A DNA stretch of 52,680 nt, counting the filler, from Basidiobolus ranarum (lineage: Eukaryota), in assembly GCA_040143965.1 (NCBI GenBank). It is 2 parts of 2 records of this genome, joined end to end, with 100 filler letters (N's around TTAATTAATTAA, not from the genome) between each part and the next. Parts side by side here need not be neighbours in the genome. Positions count along the whole stretch, not along the records: positions 1 to 26,339 come from JASJQH010000132.1; 1 more part is not named here. One strand, given 5' to 3'. Below the pieces are notes generated by a model. It worked only from the letters and a program-made list of their open reading frames with translations, ran no database searches and had not been told where the DNA came from. Made by a program: the position numbers and the translations under genes. Shown one piece after another: positions 1-12,285 of the stretch (positions within the stretch are counted from its first letter, which is position 1; every line of letters starts with the position of its first letter).

Positions 1-1466
1 GAAACAGTCTCATGACTAGTCAGTGAAGTAAAATCAATCACATGGGAACGTGCGAAGATTCCAATGCAAGTGCAGAGTATTCATTTTAAAGTTTGGATAT
101 TCCCTTCGCAATTTATTGGGGCCTTCCAAGAGCACTGCACGATGGTTGGCTAGTTCCGATAGTTCGAGTGGTTAGTGCGCTATCGATGAAGACCAGCTGG
201 ATGTAGGAATATAACCCCATTTGGTTCTATTGGTGAAACCTGATCGACTTCTAACTGTCAGCGTAAGCAACCAGGTAACACTGGATGGGGGAATGTTCGA
301 TTTCGGGACTTACTTTAAGCGAGGGATATCCGCCCTCTATTCCCAGAGAGGTAGCAAGCGTAGTTAGACTATTCGCTTGTGTAAATGGTGCTATATAGAT
401 CCCCATCCATCTTGTACCAAGGTAGGTGAAATGTTCAGTACGGTTGGTGGTTTGGAAGTGGCCGGAATTGATATGCGAGAAATAGCGAGCTTTCCACCAT
501 CATGTATATTTATTAATCATCGAATTGTTGGAGATATCATGCATCTCTGAGAAGTAGCCGATTCAAGATTTGCAGCGTTGCTTTGGTAGAAATGTCCACA
601 GGTTGGACTATCTCTGTATCAGAAAAGGGCTCCCATCCTGCCGCAGACTATTTTGACTACTGCAATTATCCAGATCTTCCGTAGTTTAGATTCCATACAC
701 CGTGACATGTGAATTATCTGATCTACTAGTTTGTTCGGACAGCCTCAGTATGTTCTCTGGGAAAATATCCTGTTTGGCCAGGGCCAAATCGCCGATAATA
801 TATGAGCTCGTGTTGGAAATATCGATTGTTGCAAATAATGGGGCCAGAAACTCTCTGTACTCTCTGTACTCTCTGTATTACTGGATTGGGTTCTCACTTC
901 TCAAACAGGTGCCCTGAAGTCGGTCTAAATCGTACATGTTCCACTCCTATTCTATGGTGCAGACATTCACCCTACTAGAGTGAGGTCCTTTTATGGCTGA
1001 GATGCGAGCTACTAACCAATGAGTGCCAGTTTATAGCATGAAGTGTTGCCATTTAGCTTTTCATCATACTAAATGAAGTTAGGGCAGCCAGACTGGAAGA
1101 GTTATTGCAAGGGCTATGGGTGTTCCCCCCGCCCATCCTGAAATAGTGATTCTGATCTAGTGGTTTTCCTCTTCCTTACTTTTCTTCTAATTCATTGGCT
1201 TTCCTAGAAAATAGGTCTCATGCAACTCCTCACCCAATCACCCCTAAACCTAGTCATTTACCATCTCTCTTGGCACCCTATTTTTCTCGCTAGCCTGCTC
1301 AATTACTATATTAGCTAGCCCTCATCCCTAATGTTTTCTTAATCTTCAGCACATCAATAGCTCCCCATTTAGTTTATCTGCTGTCGTGAATTTTTCTACC
1401 CTTTGCGCTGTAAATTACCCTTGCCTCTTCCCCACCAAGTATATTCAACTCACATCCTACGATAAA

Positions 1467-1973
1467 ATGGTTGTATGTGTTAGCTCTCATCATGCTTCTC
1501 CTGTACCTGTGGATACAGCCTTTAAACTTCCCGAGGGTTCTTCGGAAAGAGCCTGTAGCTCACAAGGTGGATTGCGTGTTTTAATAGTGGATGACAATCA
1601 CATATACCTCAACATAGTGTCTCGCATGTTGAAGAAATACTTCACTCATGTCGTCAAATATACACACGCAACTTCTTCACCCTTATCTGCCCTTGAGGCA
1701 TTGTCACTTCATCTTTACGACCTGATTCTACTTGACATCGACATGCCAGTTTTGACCGGAATCGAGGCTACACAAGAGATTCGAAACCCATACAGTAAAT
1801 TTCATGTTCTTGAGTCTAACAGAAGAATACCTATCATTGCTGTTACCACCAACGACTTGGAAGAACATCGCAGACACTACACCGAGGTTGGAATGAACGC
1901 TTGTGTAGGCAAGCCGGTCAGTTTAGATGAGCTCCGAAGAGCCTTGAACGCGGTTATCGGACTAACTGACTGA
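1467..1973 (+). CDS. Single-domain (CheY-like) response regulator receiver protein, intronless, about 168 aa
   Basis: All receiver motifs are present: LIVDDN (acidic pair), YDLILLDIDMP (phospho-Asp), IIAVT (Thr) and VGKP (Lys). The first ATG is at 1467; the ORF-track start at 1386 is GTG. Confidence 0.9.
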   Translation: MVVCVSSHHASPVPVDTAFKLPEGSSERACSSQGGLRVLIVDDNHIYLNIVSRMLKKYFTHVVKYTHATSSPLSALEALSLHLYDLILLDIDMPVLTGIEATQEIRNPYSKFHVLESNRRIPIIAVTTNDLEEHRRHYTEVGMNACVGKPVSLDELRRALNAVIGLTD

Positions 1974-3366
1974 ACCAATCAACATAGCCGATCAGGTAGA
2001 AAATCGAATCAAATCGATCGAACGTTCTACACAGACATGAATCGGAACAGGGACTTGAAGAATTATCCCAATTCAAGAAGAATTGTGGACATGTATGTAA
2101 ACGTTTCTCTCCTAGCACATATTACACTCGGACATTTTTATCCTGGCTACCGGCCACACCACACACATGGTTTGATTCTAATAGACAGTAACTCTACTCA
2201 AGACCTTCAACATTTCCCATAAAATCCTCACCCGACCATATCCCATTTGTCTTTTCATTGTAAATTTGACTTTGTATCTCTTTACTTCACTCATCAACGA
2301 TATAAAATTGGACCCAATTAAATGTACACTTTTAAGCATATTCAAAGACTCGCAAGCATTTGACAATTCTTCCTTAGAGATATATTAAAGAGCTAACTTA
2401 CAGTAGCTAATGCAAAGCTGAATTCACAATCATCGATTAAATGGCAACAGACCATGCGATCGTGCAGGTGCTAATCCCAGTTACCATAGACCGTGGCAGC
2501 AATTGACAAACGCATGGATCCACCTACTCTTGCATACATGAAGACTCTAACAAAGTGGGATTGCTTTGGAATCGGGCTTATCCCATGACCAGCATTTGAC
2601 AAGAGTTGTTGATTGATTGGTAAACCAATCATCAGCGTATTGGTAGATCTACAGATCTAACTATCCAAGCAATCTGGATAGCCTTAAGCAGTAATATTGC
2701 CCAGTTGATTGTATAAAATTGGAGTTTGTTTAGCTAGTGGCAGTGAGACCACGCTCTTCTGTCTCATTGAAAGACCACCATCAAGCGAAACTTCTGAGAG
2801 GATTAGGAATATTACGCATTCATTGAACTTAGGGAGTGAAACCCATCGTTATACATACCCCTAATTAGTTTGCGTGATGCTTTAATCCAACAACATGTAA
2901 GACCAGCTCCTTTAATATGAGTGGATAATGAATTGGTGGCTTGAAATGAAAGCACCGGATCATTTCGAATGTTTAGCTGACAAGGACCCAAAAGTGGCAG
3001 TGGGGTAAGTTCCAGGGCTTGACCACAGAGGAGTATTTTGGTTCTAAACAGTACTGGTGAGTGTTAGGAGGTTAGCATGTGTTATACATTGGGGTTTGTT
3101 GTTTGTCTCCTCCATTATGCCTCACCATACAAATTGGACGCTTATTTTAGACAACAAATCTAATCAAGCATCCCCAAGCCCAATACAGAAACATATACCT
3201 CAAAGCTATTTCATATGTTCATGTGAACTGTAGGATATAACTATATTTTTTAAGAATTTCTCTATAGGCCTCAAACTCCCATAATTTTGAGAAGAAGGAT
3301 TGAGGCATGCAATTTTACCATCAGACCACCTACACCTTGAAGCTAGTAATTGTTAGAGGTTACTTC

Positions 3367-3690
3367 TGTTGAATCAATTTGGGAGTTGTTGGAGGTGATA
3401 TGGAGAACTAGAAGAATTGATGGTTTTCACTTAATGATTTTTTGAGGGCAAGTTGACATTTATAACTTTGTCAAGTAGTAGATAAATTAGCGTGTAGAAT
3501 ATGTTCAGGAAGGACCTAGAAATATGTGTACTGACTTTGGAGTCTTTTGGATAAGTTTAAGAAAATCATATAACCCGAGAACTTCGAAGTTGGTAAAAAC
3601 ATTTCAAGTGAAGATATTGAATAATAACAGGGAAATTCAAGCAACTAGCTTTATGTCTATATAGATGCTCAAGGTATATCATCTTTAGCA
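3367..3690 (-). mobile_element. Degenerate solo LTR of the Ty5/copia-like family
   Basis: Runs TGTTGAA...TTTAGCA and aligns by eye with the reverse complement of LTR 51574-51920 (GGAGAACTAGAAGAATTG, TTTTCACTTA, AAGTTGACATTTATA). The flanks ACTTC/GCTTT may be a decayed TSD. Confidence 0.8.
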
Positions 3691-4390
3691 GCTTTAAGTG
3701 TTTGGCATGCTTTGAGCAATCAAGAGAATTTGATGATTTGCACTTCTCACCTTATTTTATTTTTATTCTGAACCAGTGTGAAAAGAGCTAAATATACTTA
3801 GGATACCAAGTAGTCTGAAATATTACAGACGAGTTCAAGATTTTGTATTTCCTCAAGGCTTCTGGGATATATGCTTGATATATCACATTGGCACTTGCAG
3901 CATTCAATATATTCACAAAATATGCTAAATAAGATCTTTGATTGGTATAATGTTTATATCCTGTAGCGAGTAACCCATATTCCACTCTGAACTATTGTTG
4001 AATTTCAGAATAGTTGAAGTGTAAAATCAATGTTAACCTAGCTATAACAGCAAACTACTTTACTTTGTTCCTTCACACACATTGTAAATCTATGATTGGT
4101 TCAAATCGTTGATGAACTCTTCATATCTTTAAAGAGTTACACATCCAATCATAGTGAAAGCAGACAGGCTGATAGTGCTATAATATTGGTAACTCTTATA
4201 TTAACTCTGAAAAATATGGACAATCAGCTAGTGGACATACAATATTGTTTGTCATAAGAGTGCAGACAGTAACTAGGGGCTATCTAGATGTACAAGAATC
4301 TTCAAGCCTTGTTAGCAATGTTACTGGAGGTATATGTGGTTATGAACAGAACACACGGAATTGCAATGATCCGGGTACGCTGAAGATAAC

Positions 4391-4406
4391 ATATATATAT
4401 ATATAT
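4391..4406. repeat. (AT)8 microsatellite upstream of the SDR gene
   Basis: ATATATATATATATAT about 120 nt before the ATG at 4526; may serve as a TATA element. Confidence 0.7.
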
Positions 4407-4525
4407 GTAGCACAAGCTTGAGGTATGGCACAAATATCGCAGCTCTTTCCCACACTTCATTAGTTTACTATTTATGTTCCATTTGGACTAGCTATTACTT
4501 TTCTATACAAGATATCTAGCTAAGA

Positions 4526-5438
4526 ATGAACCAAGAACAGCTTCCACATATTGGTAAAGTAGCTTTAATTACCGGTGCTGCTTCGGGTATTGGAGCTGCT
4601 TGTGCCAGAAAGTTATTCTCTTCTGGAGCCTCGGTCATTATCTCCGATGTGTCAGTTGACCAAGGGAATCAGCTTGCTAGCGAACTGAACGCCTCTCATA
4701 TCTCACGCGAAGACAAACCAAACCAAAAGGCCATCTTTAAAAAGACAGATTTGAGTGTGGCTGAAAATACCAAAGAGCTGATCAAGGAAACTTTGGCTGA
4801 GTTTGAAAAAGTAAGTAACATAATGGTGACATGATAGTACCTTTTGTTTGACAATTTCAGTATACCTTGGACTAAACTTGGTCCATTTTCCCGATTTTTA
4901 TTAGATAGATATACTGGTAAATAACGCTGGTATTCAGCATATCTCTCCCATTGAAGAATTCTCGGAGCAAAAGTGGCGACAGATTCAGGAAATCATGTTA
5001 ACAGCACCATTCCTATTAACTCAAGGGTTTCTTCCAAAAATGTACGAACAAAAATGGGGACGTATTATCAACGTTGGTTCTATTCATTCACTTGTAGCTT
5101 CTCCTTTCAAGTCTGCTTACGTAACAGCCAAACACGGTCTGTTAGGATTCACTAAAGCCACTGCCTTGGAAGGAGGTAAATATGGTGTCACCTGTAACTG
5201 TCTATGCCCATCTTATGTGAAAACACCACTAGTGGAAAAGCAAATTCTGGAACAATCTCGTATACATGGCATCCCTGAGGATCAAGTTATAGAGAAACTG
5301 ATGGCTGGAGAGTGCGCCGTTAAGAGGCTACTAGAACCAAATGAAGTAGCAGAATTTGTGATTTTCCTGTGTAGTGAAGCAGGCTCAGGTATTACTGGAA
5401 GTGCTCAAACCATGGACTGTGGTTGGACTGCTCACTGA
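4526..5438 (+). CDS. bdhA: D-3-hydroxybutyrate dehydrogenase (bacterial BdhA-type SDR); exons 4526-4810 and 4905-5438, 272 aa
   Basis: TGAASGIG, DILVNNAGIQH, SIHSLVASPFKSAYVTAKHG (YxxxK) and PSYVKTPLVEKQI are BdhA hallmarks. The GTAAGT...TTAG intron at 4811-4904 joins the exons in frame. Confidence 0.85.
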
Positions 5439-5910
5439 AAGTTTCAACCTATTTGATTCTTACGATATGATGGTGGATTCTACATATACATGTACATCTG
5501 CTCGGGTCCTATCACCAGGATCTAGTACTATTTCTTCAGAAATAAATTACATTCAAACCCATTCAATGATATGAATGAGAGGCCATCTATATGAGAACTA
5601 GAATATTGAACGGCACTACAGATAATACACCGATCCTTACTACGGATCACATTCACATTGGAAACGAGTGCAGTAAGCTTCTGTATGCTTGATGAATCGC
5701 CATCATCACTATTAGCATTATATCAATCCATCATCCATATATGCTCATGGCTTGGTGCCTAGTTTTACGTAAATTATGGATTTATTGATTTCAGTCAGAT
5801 CAAGCTATCAACAAGCCAACGGATTAAAGATCGTCACATCCCAAATATCCACTCGATGCATTTCGTGTGGAGTAGGTAATGATTTTTATAGAAGAGTAAA
5901 AAAGTTATTG

Positions 5911-6945
5911 CTAAAACAACATTGGTGGAGCACACTTATCTATCAGCTTGTTTCGCATAAATGGGCTAACGAAAAGGGGTGCGGTCCATACAAAAAACAT
6001 GTTCGATAAAAATATACTTAGCAAGTCGGGGAGAACGTTCTTTCCAATGAATCTCTCCAGTAATACTTGAATGCTTACAGCAACCCCATGGATTAGAAAA
6101 AACATCGTATTCTCCAAGGTTGGTGGTGAGTTAGAGCCGAATACTACCAAGAATTCGTGTACAATCGCACTTATGAAGAAGGTAAAAAACCCAGAGAAAA
6201 TACGAATGGCAATCTTTTTCCCAGGACCAAAGCTCTCAGTCACAAAAGCTTGATTCATAGGTGTAAAAACACAGCTACGAAAATTCTCATGAAATATTTT
6301 ATTCCACCGAACATTCCAAAACTCCTTGGGGCTCTTCGAAATAAAGGGGGAATCAAATATTGGAGTATAGCGAGCACCTGTTACGAAGCACCAAGGATAT
6401 ACCAATATGAAATAGTAAATGGACATATAGAGATATACAAGCCAGCCGTAAAGATAATGTTGAAGTGCAAGCTCCGGCTGCCTTAAAGATAACAAAGAAC
6501 GCATAGGTAACTCAGTTTGTGGTGGCTTGTAGCGAAAATAGAGATTGATCATATTTGCTGTCACATACTGAGCAAGTATGATCTTTGAATATCGTAAAAA
6601 CGTCCTTTTATTACGGGACTTCCTTGCGGCTTTTTTATCATCAGGGATTAATGTGAACACTATACGATAGTATTCTTGAATACCTATCTTTCTTCTGATA
6701 GAAAGCGGTGCGAACACGCCCAATTTAAGTACCCTGAAGGCGAAAAACAGACTTCCACCCTTTAGGATCAAGTTTTCTGTAGGTTTCTTAGGAACGAAAA
6801 CCACGCAAACCCAGCACTGTAAAACTAAGGCTAAGAGAGTAACTCTACGTAGAGCAATGCGGCTTTTATGTTGGCGGAGTGCCCAACATTGAAATACTGT
6901 TGGAAGCATCGGCAGTAGCAAAGCACTACAGGTCTGATCAAGCAT
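5911..6945 (-). CDS. MBOAT_2 / wax-synthase-like membrane-bound O-acyltransferase
   Basis: PIFDSPFISKSPKEFWNVRWN and FFISAIVHE (catalytic His) motifs, plus several hydrophobic segments. The 5' end is uncertain. Confidence 0.85.
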   Translation of the reverse strand: MLDQTCSALLLPMLPTVFQCWALRQHKSRIALRRVTLLALVLQCWVCVVFVPKKPTENLILKGGSLFFAFRVLKLGVFAPLSIRRKIGIQEYYRIVFTLIPDDKKAARKSRNKRTFLRYSKIILAQYVTANMINLYFRYKPPQTELPMRSLLSLRQPELALQHYLYGWLVYLYMSIYYFILVYPWCFVTGARYTPIFDSPFISKSPKEFWNVRWNKIFHENFRSCVFTPMNQAFVTESFGPGKKIAIRIFSGFFTFFISAIVHEFLVVFGSNSPPTLENTMFFLIHGVAVSIQVLLERFIGKNVLPDLLSIFLSNMFFVWTAPLFVSPFMRNKLIDKCAPPMLF

Positions 6946-7459
6946 CTTCTTTGGATCAACAAAAGCCTAGATAGCGTCGAATTCCTAAGGACCGTGTTGA
7001 GCCATCATTTAAGAAGAAACATGCCCACTATATGAAACTCTCCGATATTCATCGCATTTCAAGATGCGTTGGTCTACCCAATCATAGAGATACTTCAACT
7101 CTCGATTGCGAACGGATTTGTGTAATCACTTGTCCATTGGCCCCACTGCCTACTTGAGTCTACAGAAACCTACAAATCGTTCCCAGAGCTGTGAGTGAGT
7201 GAAACTTGAGAGGACCACCTAACATAAATGATTATCATTCAGAATCATGAATTAATTGGAATGCAGATGTTAACATTCATTGGCCGTTTCCATCATCAAT
7301 GTCTCGTTGCTATTCATGGCTGAAACGTACATCGAACTCCAGATCGAGGAGTTCTACGGGAATTGTATTTTAAGTAACTGACATTAGTTTGTAATAATTT
7401 TGAATATTTTTATTCAAGCATAGGCAAGATGTCGAACTTGAAAAAGGGTGACAAAATAT

Positions 7460-8000
7460 TTAAACACGGGAAGGGTACATCATGACACGGACGCTGGCAC
7501 CGAAGCTGTGAGCAGGCAAGTTAGATCTGAACTTGGCCTTGACAACACCGGAGTTACCGTGAGGACGGGTAACACGACCCCAGATGACACGGACCTTGGA
7601 ACCGTTAATTTCACGTTTGGCACGATAGATATAAGCCACACGTTTACCAAGATAGAATTGAGTATCTTCCTTGGTGGCAACGTTCTCAAGTTGAACGAGA
7701 GAAGTGTTGACTCTTTGGTTGCGCTTGGCACGCTTGAAGCCTAGGAAACGACCCTTGGTGTAAAGACTAATGGCCAAAAAATAATTGGTTAGACGTAACA
7801 AAGTCAGCGTAATTTATGAAATCGTAGAGAAACAAAGGGAAAGCACTGTCGTTGTGTCGAACTTGATGGATGGATGGATGAATCGCAATCCAACAAAACC
7901 GAAAACGAAATGACAATAACATTGTCACCCAGGTTGGATTTTCTCTCTAAGCAATAAGAATATGATGTACAAATATTACTAACCGAACAGGTTGGCTCAT
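7460..8000 (-). CDS. RPL33: 60S ribosomal protein eL33 (L35a); exons 7984-8000 and 7460-7766, 107 aa
   Basis: [18 protein letters not shown]...[23 protein letters not shown]...[15 protein letters not shown]...TAG intron at 7767-7983. Confidence 0.95.
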
Positions 8001-8884
8001 TGTGAGTGCAACGTCTACGTGTGGAAAGAACGAAAGACAGAGGCCTCAATATGTACAGATCCCTAGAATATATGCTGTGACCCAGGTTGATAGCATCAAC
8101 CCCTCCCCCCGGATCAATTTGTTTTTTTCACGTTCACAATTTGATTCTCAAGAAACAGTCAATATTTTGAGGCTATCTATTGGATAGATGTGGGTAATCA
8201 AATGTGACTGATGAAATCCGTATTTCAAAATTACTCATCCAATTGTGAAGAGATAACTATTCTGGCTGAAGTACACTTTGTAGAGAATGTAAAGAATTAA
8301 CCCGAAGGCTGAGTGCTAATCTGCTGCAAATCTCAAGAAACTATTTATTGTTATTAGAAGAGGCAAAAATCTAACGAAAAGATGGTTCTATGTTCCGATA
8401 GGGTTTCTCGTACTTTGAGTTATAGCTTTTATTTTCCTCAATCATTGAGCTAATCTAATATCCCTTTTTGATATTTTTGATTCGCCATTTGTATGAATTG
8501 ACATCACAGTCAACGATTTTGAAAATTTGCTTTTACAAGCCCATCCCTTCGCTAGAATCCTTGGTTTCGAATAACTGTCAAGAAGGTTTAACTGCAAACA
8601 CGGTTAATAATACCTGATAGTAATCATATCGCTGTGAACAGAACCAACAAATTTTCCTCACTATTTCCAACGAAAGCAGAATTGCAAGTGTTTATGAAGG
8701 TTGAACTAGACAAAAACATCATTAAAATTGTTTAGAGATATTAGATGGTGGATCAAGGCTCGAGAAACGGGTGCAGCACTAAGTAAATTTCTAAAGTGTA
8801 GCTAGTATTACATCGGAAGGTTCTTATCAGACCAACATTAGATATATATATAATTTCTTAAGACGAAATTGCCGCTCATTGTTT

Positions 8885-10709
8885 CTAAGCATCAAAAGCA
8901 TTCTCATCCAATACAACACCGAGCTCGTTAGAGAGCACATTTCTCACTTGATTATCCAACATGTCTTCAAACGATCCAGTATCTTTACCAAACAATAACT
9001 TATTTGCACTTCGCCACAGTTGACTGGCATAATATGTCGTTGAGATGGCAAAAAGCGCTATCTGGAATGTCCAGTAGGAGACACCTCCCCGAATGGCCGT
9101 AACTAATTGTTTGTACCAAATCCTGAATGTACTAGCGTTTGGATCGCGCATCAGTCCGTCTTCACCATACCATTGAGACCAATCTGAGCCCAGGCCCTTG
9201 ACAGCCCATTGCGCCATCATGTTGATTCGATTGACCGGTGATCCAAGAACTTTATTATTGGACCGTACAATATTCATGTTGCGCCCAATAAAGATCAGTT
9301 CCCGAGGAATCAGCTCAGTGTTGGATAGAAACTGTTTAGCCCGTTGTTTCAGCTGGATTTGCATTTCATAAACATCTTGTGTGGTTGGCTTGGAGGTGAT
9401 GTGAACCGCCTGTTTTCCGTTATATGGACGAAGAAGGGTAGCAGATGCAAACATATTCACATCCTGGATTCCCCAGCCTTGACAGATTCCCTCTAAAGTT
9501 TTAGTGTCCATGAGAAATAATGACTTCCAGAAGCGACAATACTCTGTTCTAAATTTATCAGATTCAGTTACGTAAAGGCCGTGATCCAAAAGAACAACTT
9601 GAGGTTTGTTCGATGCGGGATGCTTTCGAATTAAAATGTTTCCAGGATGGGGATCACCTAAAGTGGATTTAGAACGGAGAATTAGCTAGTATTGAGGGTA
9701 AATCGTTTTGAGATAAAGATACCAACAATGTACAAATCCTGACATAAATATTTGGTGGGCAAAGGCTGCGATGACGATCTCCATAATCGTTTTAGTCGAA
9801 AACCCACTTTTCTCCACCTTTTCTGTTTCTGACAATGATATTCCATCGATCCATTCAGCTGTCAAGATTCGTGACGATGTCTGTTTCCAAAAGACCTTGG
9901 GTATATACACTTGATCAGCAAGTCCCGAATCTGTAGCCAAGTTTTTGGCTGCTTTTTCTGCGTTGTGGCCTTCGTTTATAAAGTCCACTTCTTGGCGTAG
10001 ATGTTTTTCTGTATACTCTGTTGACCAATATACAGGTAAGTCAAATGCTTTCTCGAAAAGCCAACACACTGCTTTGTACGCTCTCAAATCCCAATCTAAT
10101 TGATCTCGAATATATGGTTTCTGCACTTTAACAGCTACAAGTGTTCCATCTGGTAATTTGGCTCGATGGACCTGAGCAATGGAAGCTGAGGCAAAAGCTT
10201 CGCGTTCAAACTCAACAAACATTTCATCTGGGCGACAGCCAAAATCCTCTTCAAATATACGAACTACATCTTCGTATGGTACGATTGGGGCGTCGTCATA
10301 AAGAACCTTGAAAGTACGGTTGTATTGAGGAGGTAGGACAGCTGCTTGAGTGGCAATACCTTGTCCGAACTTAATATATAAACCACTAGAATGAAAGAAA
10401 GCGAACATAAAGTTTAACAATGGTCATTTCAATATAGATAGCCAAGTGAACTTTGATAGACACATACCCATTCTTTTGGCATACTGTCAGAATCCGTTGA
10501 GCTACTCGAGTGTGAAGGGAGTCGATTTCGTTTGCCTTATCAGGTCTGAAATTAAGTTTATAGTCGGCTATGATCATACCACCAGCCCACAAGGTCCGCA
10601 TGTTTCGTTGGAAAGTTCTCGAGTTGAATCTACTGTCAATAAAATACAGTGAAGCACCTGTTCCAGCAAGGAACACTGAGGGTTTGACGAGTCTTCTAAG
10701 AAACGTCAT
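8885..10709 (-). CDS. ABC1/UbiB atypical protein kinase (ADCK1/Mcp2-like); exons 10468-10709, 9727-10385 and 8885-9657, 557 aa
   Basis: NGGLYIKFGQ, ASASIAQVHRA, VAVKVQ, FVHCDPHPGN and LDHGL motifs. The splice sites give an exact reading frame of 1674 nt. Confidence 0.92.
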
Positions 10710-12285
10710 GTGTAATTAAATCAGGGAATAGGTTTCGAAAAAAGCGTATTCAATTAGAAAGGTATGATGACTGTCGAGAAGCGAAGATACAGACGAGTGT
10801 TTGAGGCCAAGTGAGAGTGCACTTGAAAGTTTAGCACTAAGCACTGAAAGAATGACAAAATTGATAAATAATTACGAACCAGTCAAGGGGCGGCTTTAAA
10901 TAACTAGTATATTTACTTGAAATCGTTCCAGATTTGGAATTTATACTGGTGAAAATGTACGTAAGGCTTTCTCGATATTTCTGAGATATCTTCTGATCAT
11001 TATATTCTCACTTTCTCCAGCGTCACATTGCTGCGGGCATAATTTGTACCTCTCGATCACAATCTGGATAACTTCATTAGTATTTTGATCGGCAGGCAGT
11101 GCGAATTCAGTTAATAATTCTCGATGGCGAGCAAACCGTACATGAGTCTACCATTACGTATTGACAGATACGTTTGGCCTCATCTTGTTGGCGCAATAAT
11201 CTGGGGGTCTTTTTCTGAATCTAGCACAAACTCTCAATACGTTGACTGGGAATATACTTGGTTGGTATCGATTGCATGCGATGGTGATGGTGATGAGGAT
11301 ATTTTGTTGCACCTATACTCTTGATCTATATATCGTTGTCAGCTGATCCTGAACCTATTATTATAGAAGGGAGCAGTCCAGTGGATTTAAGATTACTCAA
11401 CGATATGCGAAAGAGCTAGTATATCCTCTTTCTTTGCAAAACAGGTAGAGTTTCTTCGGAGCTGATAAACAGTTCTAATTCAACGTACAATACCACACTT
11501 GTACCATCTAAAGCATGCTTTGGTGTAAACTCACTTGCCATTTAAAGGAGCAGTCATCGAGCTTCAATTAAAAGGGTTGTCTCTGGCGGTAAAAACCATA
11601 ATCTTTACAGAGCAGTAAAATGTTTAAACCTCAGGCTATATGAAGCTAATGAAGAATCGTGACACTTCAAGACAACTAAATCTGCACATTTAAGGTGACT
11701 CCGCTTATTTTCAAATTTTCGTAAGAACTCATATTAGATGGTTCTTGTAGAAAGTGCTAGAAAAACATGATTTTAATGCTACACCGTTCCTCCACAAATA
11801 CGGTCAATTGAATGAACTCCTAGATGAACTTGAGAGTAAAGTGGAGTATCCCCAATTGAGAGCCTTAGAGTCAGCTCCATTTGTAGTGCAAGATTTTGGG
11901 TGTGATCTCTTGAATCAAATGCTATAATCTGTCAACTCTTGTGGTACATTATCAGTGTTGTCCCAGGGTTGATTTTGCATATATTTATATAGAACATTAT
12001 TTGATTCTAAATATACAGTACAATTCCTACTCCCTCGAAAATTGGTTTTTTTATCTGTGCCCTCTTTTTATATTGAAGGAGTTCTGGAGGTTGAGTGAAT
12101 AGAAAAAATATACCTTTTGGTGGCTGATAAAATTTATTCTTCGGCCAGAAAACCATTACTTTATCATTTTTTACCAATTCACTAGCATAATTCCATATTC
12201 CTACATAGTTCTGGCTAGCCTCCTGTTCATTTAGAGCAATCTTCAATACCACTCTTTATAAACTTTTACTTTATTTTTACCCATA

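Noticed and set aside
148-200. tRNA-like A-box/D-arm (TAGTTCGAGTGGTTAG)
   Set aside because: No T-arm at the right spacing and no acceptor stem.
850-877. ACTCTCTGT x3 inside ORF 702-917
   Set aside because: Simple slippage repeat; the ORF starts with GTG and has no recognisable motif.
7448-7744. Plus-strand and alternative-frame ORFs over RPL33
   Set aside because: By-products of strong codon bias in a highly expressed gene.
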